64,000 bases of DNA from Bacteroidales bacterium (GTDB lineage: Bacteria > Bacteroidota > Bacteroidia > Bacteroidales > JAADJA01): contig JAWKKL010000001.1 in assembly GCA_041393275.1 (NCBI GenBank), forward strand, positions 65,927 through 129,926, read 5' to 3'. Each line of letters opens with the position of its first letter. Within the stretch, counting starts at the first letter, position 1. This document shows, one piece after another, positions 48,809 through 58,000 of the stretch. The notes under the pieces are model-generated. The model searched no databases and had not been told where the DNA came from. It saw only the letters and a program-made list of their open reading frames with translations. The translations under genes were made by a program, and so were the position numbers.

Positions 48809-51157
48809 ATGAAAGAAATTGAATCCGATTATAACAGCGATTCGCTGGCCGTTCTTGAGGTCATTGATGAGTTGGTCGTCGGGCCGGTAGAACTTTTGCC
48901 AAATAAGCTCTCTATGCCCTATACAGTAGTGATTGGGAGTGAGAGATCAACATATAACCTTGAGTATAAATATGAAGAGGATGTATTTGAAGCGAATGAT
49001 GGCGGGCATCAGAACCTGGCTTCGCTGGTGGGGGCACAAGTGGCCCTCAATTATGGCCTGTTTTGCAAAAAAATTCGGTTTATTGGCTTATTTGATAATA
49101 CGGATAAACGCTTCATTGCTGATATGATGGAGAATACATCACGTGAGATCTATGTCGTGAAACTTCTGCACCCGAACCCTTTTCTTATAGGCGATGCCTT
49201 GAATCTACCCCTTATTAAGCAAAAAAAATATACCCGTGCACAATTAGAGTTTGAAGGAACTGGCTCAATAAATAAAGTGAAATGGCAGTTTTGGGAAACG
49301 GACAAGATCAAACATTGTATTTTATCCAGCGGAGGAAAAGATAGTTTACTGAGCTATGGCCTGATCAATGAAATTGGAAAAGAAACCCATCCTATTTTTG
49401 TTAATGAATCTGGTAGACATTGGTTTACAGCGCTAAACAGCTTTAGGCATTTTAAACAAAACGTGCCCAACACAGCCCGGGTATGGACCAACAGCGACCG
49501 TTTGTTCAACTGGATGTTAAGGCATTTGTCTTTCATTCGGAAGGATTTTAATACCATCCGTGCTGATGACTACCCCATTCGTCTCTGGACTGTTGCTGTT
49601 TTTTTATTTGGTGTTTTACCCATAATGAAAAAAAGGGGAATCAGTCGTTTACTGATCGGCGATGAATATGATTCTTCCCAAAAGAGAAGTTTCAACGGAA
49701 TTACACATTATTCCGGCTACTACGATCAAAGCAAATATTTTGATGAAGCCATGAGCCGGTTTTATTTTAAAAAAGGGTGGGCCGTAAGCCAGTTTTCAAT
49801 TTTGCGCCCAATTTCCGAATTGCTGATTCAAAAAATACTAACCAAACGCTATCCCGAAATCCAGCAACACCAGGTATCATGTCATGCAAGCCATCAAAAG
49901 GAAGAGCGGATTTATCCGTGTGGTAAATGCGAAAAATGCCGACGCATCGTAGGCATTTTAAAAGCGGTGGATGAAGATGCCACGCGCTGCGGTTTTTCAA
50001 AGGAACAGATAGAATATTGCCTGAAAGAATTAGAAAATAAAAATGTAAAACAAATCGGTGAAGACGCCCGGCAGCTTTATTTTATGCTCAATCAAAAAGG
50101 GCTTATCAAAAAGGAAGGTGTTTTAAAGGGTAATCCTGAAACTTTAATGCTCCGTTTCGATAATGAGCGTTCACCGATCAACGCCATACCCACGGACTTG
50201 CGTAAGAAAATTTACAACATTTTCCTTGCTTACTCCGATGGAGCGGTAATTAAAAAAGGAAGCAATTGGGAAGATTTTGATGTGTTGAATGATCCTGTAA
50301 CAGAAATTTATTATCCTTTTGAACATGATCCGGCTGTGGCTGAAAAGTTTGCTACCGAAGGTATTCAGGAAATTCAGTCGAAATATTTATGGGCTGAACT
50401 AACCTGGCCCGAAGCCGAGGAAAAATTAAGCACTGTTGATGTAGCTATTTTACCGGTTGGTGCCATTGAACAACATGGCCCCCACTTACCACTGGATGTT
50501 GATTCGTTTGACGCAGACTATTTAGCCCGGCGTGTAGCCGAAGCTTGCAGCGATCCAAAACCGCTGGTTTTGCCTCTTATACCTTATGGCGTATCCTATC
50601 ATCACAATGACTTTAAGGGTACGATCAGCATATCAAATGATGCACTAGCAAAGCTGGTATATGAAGTGGGTCTCAGTCTTGCCCGGAATGGCATTAAAAA
50701 GCTGCTTATCATCAATGGACATGGCGACAATAAACCGACCTTGCAATATGCTGCTCAAATGATTAACCAGGATGCGAGGATTTTTACTTGTGTGGATACG
50801 GGTGAAACCTCTGACTTTGATATTGATAAAATCACTGAAACGATCAATGATGTTCATGCAGGCGAAGTTGAAACAAGCACCAGCCTGGCAACTCGCTCAC
50901 ACCTGGTGAAAATGGATTTGGCCGTTTCCAGCATACCACAGTTTACGACAAGGTATTTGAATTTTTCATCGGTTCGTGGATTACCATGGTATGCATATAC
51001 CAAAAAGTTTTCGGAAACAGGCGTCATGGGCGATCCCACCAAAGCAACAGCAGAAAAGGGGGAAAAAATATGGGAAATGATGATCGCTCACCTCGTGGTT
51101 TTAGTGGAGGATCTTAAAAGACTTTCATTGGAGGAAATATTTCAAAAAGGGTATTAA
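48809..51157 (+). CDS. Fusion protein: unknown N-domain, then a PP-loop ATP-pyrophosphatase-like domain, then a C-terminal creatininase-family metal amidohydrolase
   Basis: 782 aa. PP-loop SGGKDS at nt 49328-49345. Cys cluster YPCGKCEKCRR. Creatininase motifs LPVGAIEQHGPHLPLDVD, IINGHGDN and HAGEVETS (about nt 50380-51154). Confidence 0.65.
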   Translation: MKEIESDYNSDSLAVLEVIDELVVGPVELLPNKLSMPYTVVIGSERSTYNLEYKYEEDVFEANDGGHQNLASLVGAQVALNYGLFCKKIRFIGLFDNTDKRFIADMMENTSREIYVVKLLHPNPFLIGDALNLPLIKQKKYTRAQLEFEGTGSINKVKWQFWETDKIKHCILSSGGKDSLLSYGLINEIGKETHPIFVNESGRHWFTALNSFRHFKQNVPNTARVWTNSDRLFNWMLRHLSFIRKDFNTIRADDYPIRLWTVAVFLFGVLPIMKKRGISRLLIGDEYDSSQKRSFNGITHYSGYYDQSKYFDEAMSRFYFKKGWAVSQFSILRPISELLIQKILTKRYPEIQQHQVSCHASHQKEERIYPCGKCEKCRRIVGILKAVDEDATRCGFSKEQIEYCLKELENKNVKQIGEDARQLYFMLNQKGLIKKEGVLKGNPETLMLRFDNERSPINAIPTDLRKKIYNIFLAYSDGAVIKKGSNWEDFDVLNDPVTEIYYPFEHDPAVAEKFATEGIQEIQSKYLWAELTWPEAEEKLSTVDVAILPVGAIEQHGPHLPLDVDSFDADYLARRVAEACSDPKPLVLPLIPYGVSYHHNDFKGTISISNDALAKLVYEVGLSLARNGIKKLLIINGHGDNKPTLQYAAQMINQDARIFTCVDTGETSDFDIDKITETINDVHAGEVETSTSLATRSHLVKMDLAVSSIPQFTTRYLNFSSVRGLPWYAYTKKFSETGVMGDPTKATAEKGEKIWEMMIAHLVVLVEDLKRLSLEEIFQKGY

Positions 51158-51158
51158 T

Positions 51159-52220
51159 ATGAAAATTACAGGGATTGAATTTTGGGAAGTCAGGATGAAA
51201 CTGGCGGTGCCTTACACCATCGCTTACGAAACGTTTGACTCGGCCGTAAATGTCTTTTTAAGGTTAAAAACAAATTCAGGAATTACCGGTTTTGGTTGCG
51301 GGGCCCCGGCCCCTGAAGTTACGGGGGAAACAGAAAAAGATGTCCTTGAAAAAACAAATCGGGTGGTCGAACCATTTTTAAAAAATACTGATCCTCTTCG
51401 GCTTTCTTTTCTCATCGAAAAACTCAAACCTGAATTAAAAGGCTATCCGGCCACCCAGGCGATGGTTGATGCGGCTCTTTGGGATATCATGGCAAAAAAA
51501 GCAGATATTCCTTTATATAAACTGCTTGGTGGTTTCCGCGACCGCATGAAAACGAGCATCACCATTGGTATCATGCCTGTTTCAGAAACGGTGGTTAATG
51601 CGAACGATTTTATTAGACAGGGATTTAAAGTACTTAAAATAAAAGGAGGAATTGATGTTAATGAAGACATCGAACGCGTCGTTAAAACACGTGAGACTGT
51701 GGGAACCTCCATCGAAATCCGTTTTGATGCCAACCAGGGATATAGCCTGGAGGATACAATCCTGTTTGTGAATGAAACAAAAAAAGTAAAAGTTGAATTG
51801 CTCGAACAACCTACACCTTATGATGAACTTGAAAAAATGGCACAGGTAACCAGCAAAGTTTCAATTCCTATTATGGCAGATGAAAGCCTGCAAAACCTGC
51901 GGGATGTGTTCAACATAGCCAGACGTAACCAGGCCGATATGATCAACATCAAGATCATGAAAGTAGGGGGTATTTATGAAGCCATACACATCAATTCGGT
52001 TGCCCGATCTGCCGGCATCGAAGCAATGGTGGGTTGTATGGATGAATCGGCCCTGGGTATTTCTGCCGGGTTGGCATTTGCTCTCAGCCGACCCAATGTC
52101 CATTATGCCGATCTTGATGGCCACCTCGATTTAATTGGCGATCCGGCCCAAGGAGCTGTCATTTTAAAAGATGGAATTTTATATCCTTCGGCTAAACCGG
52201 GATTGGGAATTGAATTGTAA
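51159..52220 (+). CDS. Enolase-superfamily (MLE subgroup) dipeptide epimerase
   Basis: 353 aa. KIKGG (KxK), metal ligands in FDANQGY / LEQP / MADES, a second Lys in NIKIMKVGG, and a DLD (DxD) motif near the C-terminus. Confidence 0.8.
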   Translation: MKITGIEFWEVRMKLAVPYTIAYETFDSAVNVFLRLKTNSGITGFGCGAPAPEVTGETEKDVLEKTNRVVEPFLKNTDPLRLSFLIEKLKPELKGYPATQAMVDAALWDIMAKKADIPLYKLLGGFRDRMKTSITIGIMPVSETVVNANDFIRQGFKVLKIKGGIDVNEDIERVVKTRETVGTSIEIRFDANQGYSLEDTILFVNETKKVKVELLEQPTPYDELEKMAQVTSKVSIPIMADESLQNLRDVFNIARRNQADMINIKIMKVGGIYEAIHINSVARSAGIEAMVGCMDESALGISAGLAFALSRPNVHYADLDGHLDLIGDPAQGAVILKDGILYPSAKPGLGIEL

Positions 52221-52286
52221 TAATAAGTGAAAGATTGGTGTTTGCAACTTCATAATTATAAATTTGGCCATTTATTGCTAACAGAA

Positions 52287-53048
52287 TTATTTTGTGCAAA
52301 AGTAGATTTCACCACTTGCTGAAGTCAATCCATTCAGAATAGCTTCTTCTTCACTCACAAATTCACTTACGGTAATGGTATCCACTTTGAATCCTGCTTC
52401 GCGAAGCCTGTCGACATAATCAGGGCCATATCTTCGAACATGATCTTCCTGCCCAAAAGCCCGTAGCCGATCCTGTGGCTTCACAATGGATGGATCTTCG
52501 TAAGTTACTTCACTGGTGATAGGAACCAATAATATTGCCCAGCCGTTATTATTCAATACGCGATAAAATTCCTTCATCGCTTTTCTATCGTCTTGAACAT
52601 GCTCAAGTACATGACTGCAATAAATAACATCGAACGATTGGTCGGGGTATTTAATATCTGTAATATCCATATTTACCATTACCCGGGGGTCAATTATATC
52701 GGCTGTTATATAATCGTCTTTTAGTTTCTCCCTTAACCTTTGTTCAAAACAACGCTCGGGTGCTACATGCAGCATCTTTTTTGGAGAGCCATCGAACAGG
52801 TTTGTGTTCCTTAAGAAATAAAGCCACACAAAACGATGTCGTTCGAGTGAACTGCAATGTACACATTGGGCATCCTTTCGCTGAATAATGCCAAATGAGC
52901 GAAACAGACGTGATGAATTACCACACACCGGACAGATTCTTCCTTCACCTGAATATCGAAATTTCCTCAAATTATCCCGTATGGGTAAAAGGTAGTTTTT
53001 TGCCCAGTCGGGCAAATTTGAAGAATAAGGTATATTGTTCTTTTTCAT
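52287..53048 (-). CDS. Class I SAM-dependent methyltransferase with an N-terminal Cys4 ribbon
   Basis: CPVCGN...CVHCSS, then MLHVAPE...FDVIYCSHVLEHVQD (Methyltransf_11-like). Confidence 0.75.
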   Translation of the reverse strand: MKKNNIPYSSNLPDWAKNYLLPIRDNLRKFRYSGEGRICPVCGNSSRLFRSFGIIQRKDAQCVHCSSLERHRFVWLYFLRNTNLFDGSPKKMLHVAPERCFEQRLREKLKDDYITADIIDPRVMVNMDITDIKYPDQSFDVIYCSHVLEHVQDDRKAMKEFYRVLNNNGWAILLVPITSEVTYEDPSIVKPQDRLRAFGQEDHVRRYGPDYVDRLREAGFKVDTITVSEFVSEEEAILNGLTSASGEIYFCTK

Positions 53049-53541
53049 TTAATTATTTGTTAAAAGGATATAACAGAAACTGTTTAATAGTAAAAAATCA
53101 TGAACTTGCAATAATTTTATAATTAGTAATATTATTTTAAAGTTAAATAATTATAAGCTAGTAGCATCACTTTGATGATTTCCAAATATTACCTGTCCTA
53201 ATTTTAAAAGGGAAGAAAATTATGTAGCAGTATGTGGTAAATTAAGTTGTTTAAGGGGATTGGAAGGAGCGCATTGAGTTATAAAGGTGTATGGTTTAAG
53301 TGCCTGGTAATCTATTGATTGGGTAAGTATTTTTAATTTGGAAACAAATCCTTTTTAAAATTTTATTTGGAATTGACAAAGTGTATAAAACATGTCAAAG
53401 AACTATATTTGATATGAATTAATGTATTGTAAGAATATACGTTCAAAAAAAGTTTGCAAATGTAATATAGTTTTCTTGATTATTCAAAAAAATATTTATT
53501 TAGAAAACATGTATTCTGAATCAATAATATTTTATCATTTT

Positions 53542-54395
53542 TTACTTAAGCCGTTTTTCTGATCGAATGAATTTAATTTTTGGCAAAACGATCCTTACCT
53601 CCCGTTCGTCTTCTTTGTCGTACCACCAAACAATAAAATTTATAGTTGCCCTGACCAATGTGTATCCCATATCTATCCATTTATTTAACGACTCTCTTGA
53701 ATTTTTTGAAAATTTCAACACATACTTTTTATTCTGATTCAAAAGTCCATCACACATTGAGGTCATCAGATTCACGAATAATGGTGCCGGCTTTTTCAAC
53801 ATTTTTAACAAGAAAACTATCGGCAAAAAGACGGGGTACGTTTTGCGTTCTTTTTACAAAACCGGCTTCTTCTAATACTGCAATTGCAGTGGTTATCCTT
53901 GTTTCGAGGTCATGCATTTCGGTATCCCATCCGGAATATTTTGCAATTTCGAGAGCTGATTTTATAATTTTTCCTTTCCGGAATTTACTCAGGTATTTCA
54001 ATCCTCTCCATACCTGGGCGATTTCTTTCAGGTTTAAGCGCGAAATATATAACAGTTTGAAATGTTCACTTATATCATTTTCGTCGTACAATACAGAACA
54101 TTCTGCTTTTATGGATTGGTCTCTTCCTGCTCAGCCGGTCTCCCGGATATAGCTCTCAAGCGAAGCAGAAATATCATAATGGATGATGATTTTTATATCG
54201 TCTTTATCCACTCCCATCCCAAAGGCAGGTGTGGCAACAATAATACTGGCTTTTCCGGTCATGAACTTATGCTGAAAACGTCGAATCTTGATATAGAGTT
54301 ATCCGCAAATACAAGCCCATCAAGAACAGCCCCGATTTTCTCAACCTTGTGGTTTTTTTGTTTATTTCAAGGTCGAAGAAAAGAATCCTGGGCAT
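53542..54395 (-). pseudogene. Remnant of a RecQ-like helicase with a DEDD-exonuclease-type N-terminus. It is internally deleted, frameshifted and carries a nonsense codon.
   Basis: The minus strand reads MPRILFFDLEINKK/NHKVEKIGAVLDG, then jumps directly to helicase motifs V/VI ([41 protein letters not shown]). A TGA sits where the conserved Arg of GRAGRD is expected. Motifs I-IV are absent. The downstream part changes frame again near 53750-53830. Confidence 0.6.
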
Positions 54396-55033
54396 GTAGT
54401 TATATTTTCATCAAAATTATTGAAAAAATATGTTGGGAGAAAATGAATATATTAATCTGACGAACTTTAATTGAACACTAAACAATACAACTGATAACTT
54501 TTGGGATTAAATCCATTAAGGGGATCATGAATTGTTGATGGAGTTTAAGGAATTATCAATTCTCTCCAGCTATTAAATGCAATATAGGTTGTTTGGCTAA
54601 AATGTTCTTTCCGTAAATAAAGCATAACGAAGTTATAAAACCTTAGTTGGCATCTTTTGTAATTCGTTTACTTCGGAGCCTTTCATATTGTGATGTAAAA
54701 ATGATCGAGTTTTCATAGGGAATTTTTAATAATTGGGATAATAATGAGGAGAATGCCCTTCAAGTTTAAGGTATGAAAAGTTTAATAGTTTTGTGTTTCT
54801 TCAATTGTTTTCGCTTAGTAACTATGCCCTATTCAAAATTACCAATGAGATATTCCAAAATCAATATTCATATGATAGCCTAAATTACTCAGGATTTGTA
54901 TCCGTTCTTTTTTAATTCCTTAAAAATGTTTCGGTAACATTTTTGAATTTGGCATAGGCTTTTTCATCGGAATAAAATTGTTTGACTTGAAGAAAAATTA
55001 AAGCACAGGGTTTTCATAACAGGTAAACTAAAT

Positions 55034-55763
55034 TCATCGTACCCTTGCCTTTTTCAAATCTTTCTGCGACACGATTTTCCATGTTGGCCACGCGTTTGGA
55101 CCATTTTGCTGTACCATTACCAGGTAGTCTCCAAATGGAAGAGGTTTACTTAATTTGTATACTTGCTTATTATTTAATTTGGTATGTTTGATCACAGCAG
55201 GGTCTACTTGTAATAATTTCGCCCAGATAATTTCGTCAGTCGAGGTAAAGGTATTGTTATAACAAACGTCGTAATTCATTCCGCCGTGTTTAACCCAATA
55301 ATGGCCTGAAAATTTGAAACACTTCAAATCAGAAAAAGAACTTGTTGCAGAAGTAAGCACATTTCATTCCATTTCGAATCGATAATTCGATCCAGGCATG
55401 GTAATAAATTGAGAAGGGTCACTACCATTTGAAAATCCTTGTAACCTAAACATTTTTCGGCAATCCATTTAAAATTATAGTTGAAAGAAGCACAAGCACA
55501 TGCGCATTGCTGTTTCCTTTTCACTATCCACCATCTGCTACTATTCTTCCTGCACTTTGAACCCAGGACCAGTGCTGGCGGCCATATTCATAATAGCTTT
55601 TCATCAACTTTAAAAGTGCCTTTTGAACGGTATCGCCAAAAAGTAATCCTGATCCTGGTATAGGCGGAAGCAGCCTTGCGTTTGAAATAATTTCCCAGGC
55701 AGGCTTATTGATAGTTATACCAAGTTTTCCTATTTTTTCTTTAATTGCTGGTTGAATCGACAT
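55034..55763 (-). pseudogene. Hypothetical ~240-codon gene broken into three frames. It may encode a papain-like Cys/His enzyme.
   Basis: ORFs 55524-55763, 55324-55524 and 55034-55360 abut on the same strand. It has a Cys-rich QQCACACASF segment and a later FSGHYWVKHGGMNYDVCYN segment. The family assignment is uncertain. Confidence 0.35.
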
Positions 55764-55963
55764 AATAAATCGGTTTTTTTATGCTGGCCGTTATAGTCAG
55801 CTGTTAGTATTATTTCCCTGTCAGTTTTTAGCTAATAATATTTTCAAGGGGTAGCTAGTCTTAAATCAGTGAATTCGGGTAATATAAACCATCATCAATA
55901 AATGGATAAGCGGTTTATTCGTTAGTTGGGCCTGGTTAGGAAACAATACAAAAAGGTATTTGT

Positions 55964-57411
55964 TCATGTCAGAGATACATTCAGCCGGATTCTGGATCTA
56001 TTTATTTTCGTTCCTTTATTTATTAAATAAAAAGCAAGAATTAATGCCGAAGTGATAAAGGCTGGAATAAATGAAGATTTGGGTTCATATTGTTCGGGAT
56101 ACAGGGTTCCCAGGTAAAAAGACAAGGTTTACAACAAACCCTGCAATGACACTTAAAACAGCCACTCTGTATTTATAGACCTCTTGCGGAACAATGCCAG
56201 AAAAGTAATAGGAACAATATAACAATTGTAGCTAATCCAACCACCAATAGATCCACAATCCTGGGCAGCAATAAAGCCATCCCGAGGGCGATATCTGAAA
56301 AAATTACAGCCGCTGCCCTGATTTCTTTATGAATATGTTGTTTATCGGCTAGCGAATTTTGTTTTTGCCAACCGGCAAAATCACGAATAGCTGAGATTGC
56401 GATCAGGTTCAGATAACTATCTCCTGAGGACATCAATGCCGACATTAAACCAACCACAGAAAATCCAAGAATAAATTCAGTGCTGTGCCGTTCCAGGAAA
56501 AGATATGCGACGTATTTTGGCTCAATGCTTTCGGTAAGTGCAATTTTTATTGCCATGCCAACCAAAGGGAAAATGATATAAAAAGGCAACATACCCAAAC
56601 CGGATATTATACTCACTCGTACAGCTACTTTTTCATTTTTAGCCGCTAGAATTCGTTGCCAGATATCCATCCGAATTAGAACCGATGGCGATAAAAATAA
56701 TGGCAGACCAATTAAGAAAGCCCACCCATAAAATGTTCCGTTCAGGAAGCTGACTGGAAGTTCCGTAAGTTTGCTCAGATTGTTTGTATCAGATACGATT
56801 CCGGGAATAAATATGACAACGATCATGATGGTAAGAAAAATAAATTGTATCAGATCGGTGATGATTACCCCTGATAATCCTGCAAAAGCAGTGTAGGCAA
56901 TAACAATAAGGCATGAGATGATGGCAGCCGTAAGAAATCCGATGTCGAAGGCAAATTTTAACAAGGAAGCCATGGCCACAAATTGTGCTGCCAAAAGGAA
57001 GAAGAAAATAAAGATATTCACCCCGCTAACGACAGATGAAAATAGCCTGGAAAAACCCTGATCATTTGGAGACGTAAACCTGGAATTGAGAAATTGAGGA
57101 AATGAATATATTTTTTCTTTCCTGCCAATCCGGTTCATCTTTGGAGCGAAATACGACAAAATAAGAAATCCGATTACATAGGCAATACCAATGCTCACCG
57201 CTGCAAGACCGGACTCGTAACCCATAGCCATCAATCCAATGGATGTACCACCACCAACAAATGTCGCCAGGGTTGTAGCAACCAATGGAAATGTTTTAGT
57301 TTTCCGGTTATTGACCAGGTAGTTTTCCAGGTCGCCCGTTTTTACATGACGGGTTGTAAAATACAGGATAAGTAGCAGATATAAAACAATCCAGAATATA
57401 AGCCAGGCCAT
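55964..57411 (-). pseudogene. Sodium:solute symporter (SSS) family transporter. The 3' ~200 nt need two frame corrections. The intact ORF is 56173-57411.
   Basis: The N-terminus ...NYLVNNRKTKTFPLVATTLATFVGGGTSIGLMAMGYESGLA is typical of SSS. Hydrophobic C-terminal segments continue in the other two frames (KYRVAVLSVIAGFVVNLVFL, SSFIPAFITSALILAFYLI) down to a TGA at 55964-55966. Confidence 0.7.
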
Positions 57412-57414
57412 CCT

Positions 57415-57912
57415 TTAGTCTTCGTAAAGTTTAAGATATTCATGTGAATTTCCGGAAAAAGAAAGAAATTTCTCAAAGTCCTCGAATGAAATTACCAGTG
57501 ATGCAGTATTAATGCAAGGATGAAAACTTATGGTTGTTGATTTTTTCAGGTTTTCATCTAAAAACAAGTGTACATGGTTTTCTTTGTCGTTGATAAGTCC
57601 AAAAGGAGTTACCGAACCCGGCGTTACCCCCAAATATTTCATCATCCTTTTTGGTGAAGCAAAAGAAAGTTTACCCTGTTTTAATCGTTTTTCCAAATCG
57701 TGAATATCAAGGTCCTGTGTGTGTTCAAGAATCACCAGGTAATGCCGGTTCCCTTTGTGGTTTCTGAAAAAAATGTTTTTGCAATGGGTGGCCTTCAGGT
57801 CTTTCCAGTATTTTATGGCTTCTTCGATGGTTGGTGCCGGTGGGTGTTCGTAATATTCAAACGGGATGTTTAATTCTTCAAGTATTTTATATAATTCGGG
57901 TTGTCCGTTCAT
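57415..57912 (-). CDS. YbaK/ProX-like (prolyl-tRNA synthetase associated) domain protein
   Basis: 165 aa. HCKNIFFRNHKGNRHYLV and YLGVTPGSVTPFGLIND. Confidence 0.75.
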   Translation of the reverse strand: MNGQPELYKILEELNIPFEYYEHPPAPTIEEAIKYWKDLKATHCKNIFFRNHKGNRHYLVILEHTQDLDIHDLEKRLKQGKLSFASPKRMMKYLGVTPGSVTPFGLINDKENHVHLFLDENLKKSTTISFHPCINTASLVISFEDFEKFLSFSGNSHEYLKLYED

Positions 57913-57937
57913 GAGGATTGTTTAAAATTCCTAGCCA

Positions 57938-57968
57938 AAAATAAGAAAAGTCCCGCACATGGCGGGAC
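57938..57968 (-). terminator. Rho-independent terminator after amt
   Basis: GTCCCGC (57950-57956) pairs with GCGGGAC (57962-57968). On the minus strand it is followed by TTTTCTTATTTT. Confidence 0.6.
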
Positions 57969-58000
57969 TTAAACTAATCTAAATCCAACCTGAATTGCTT

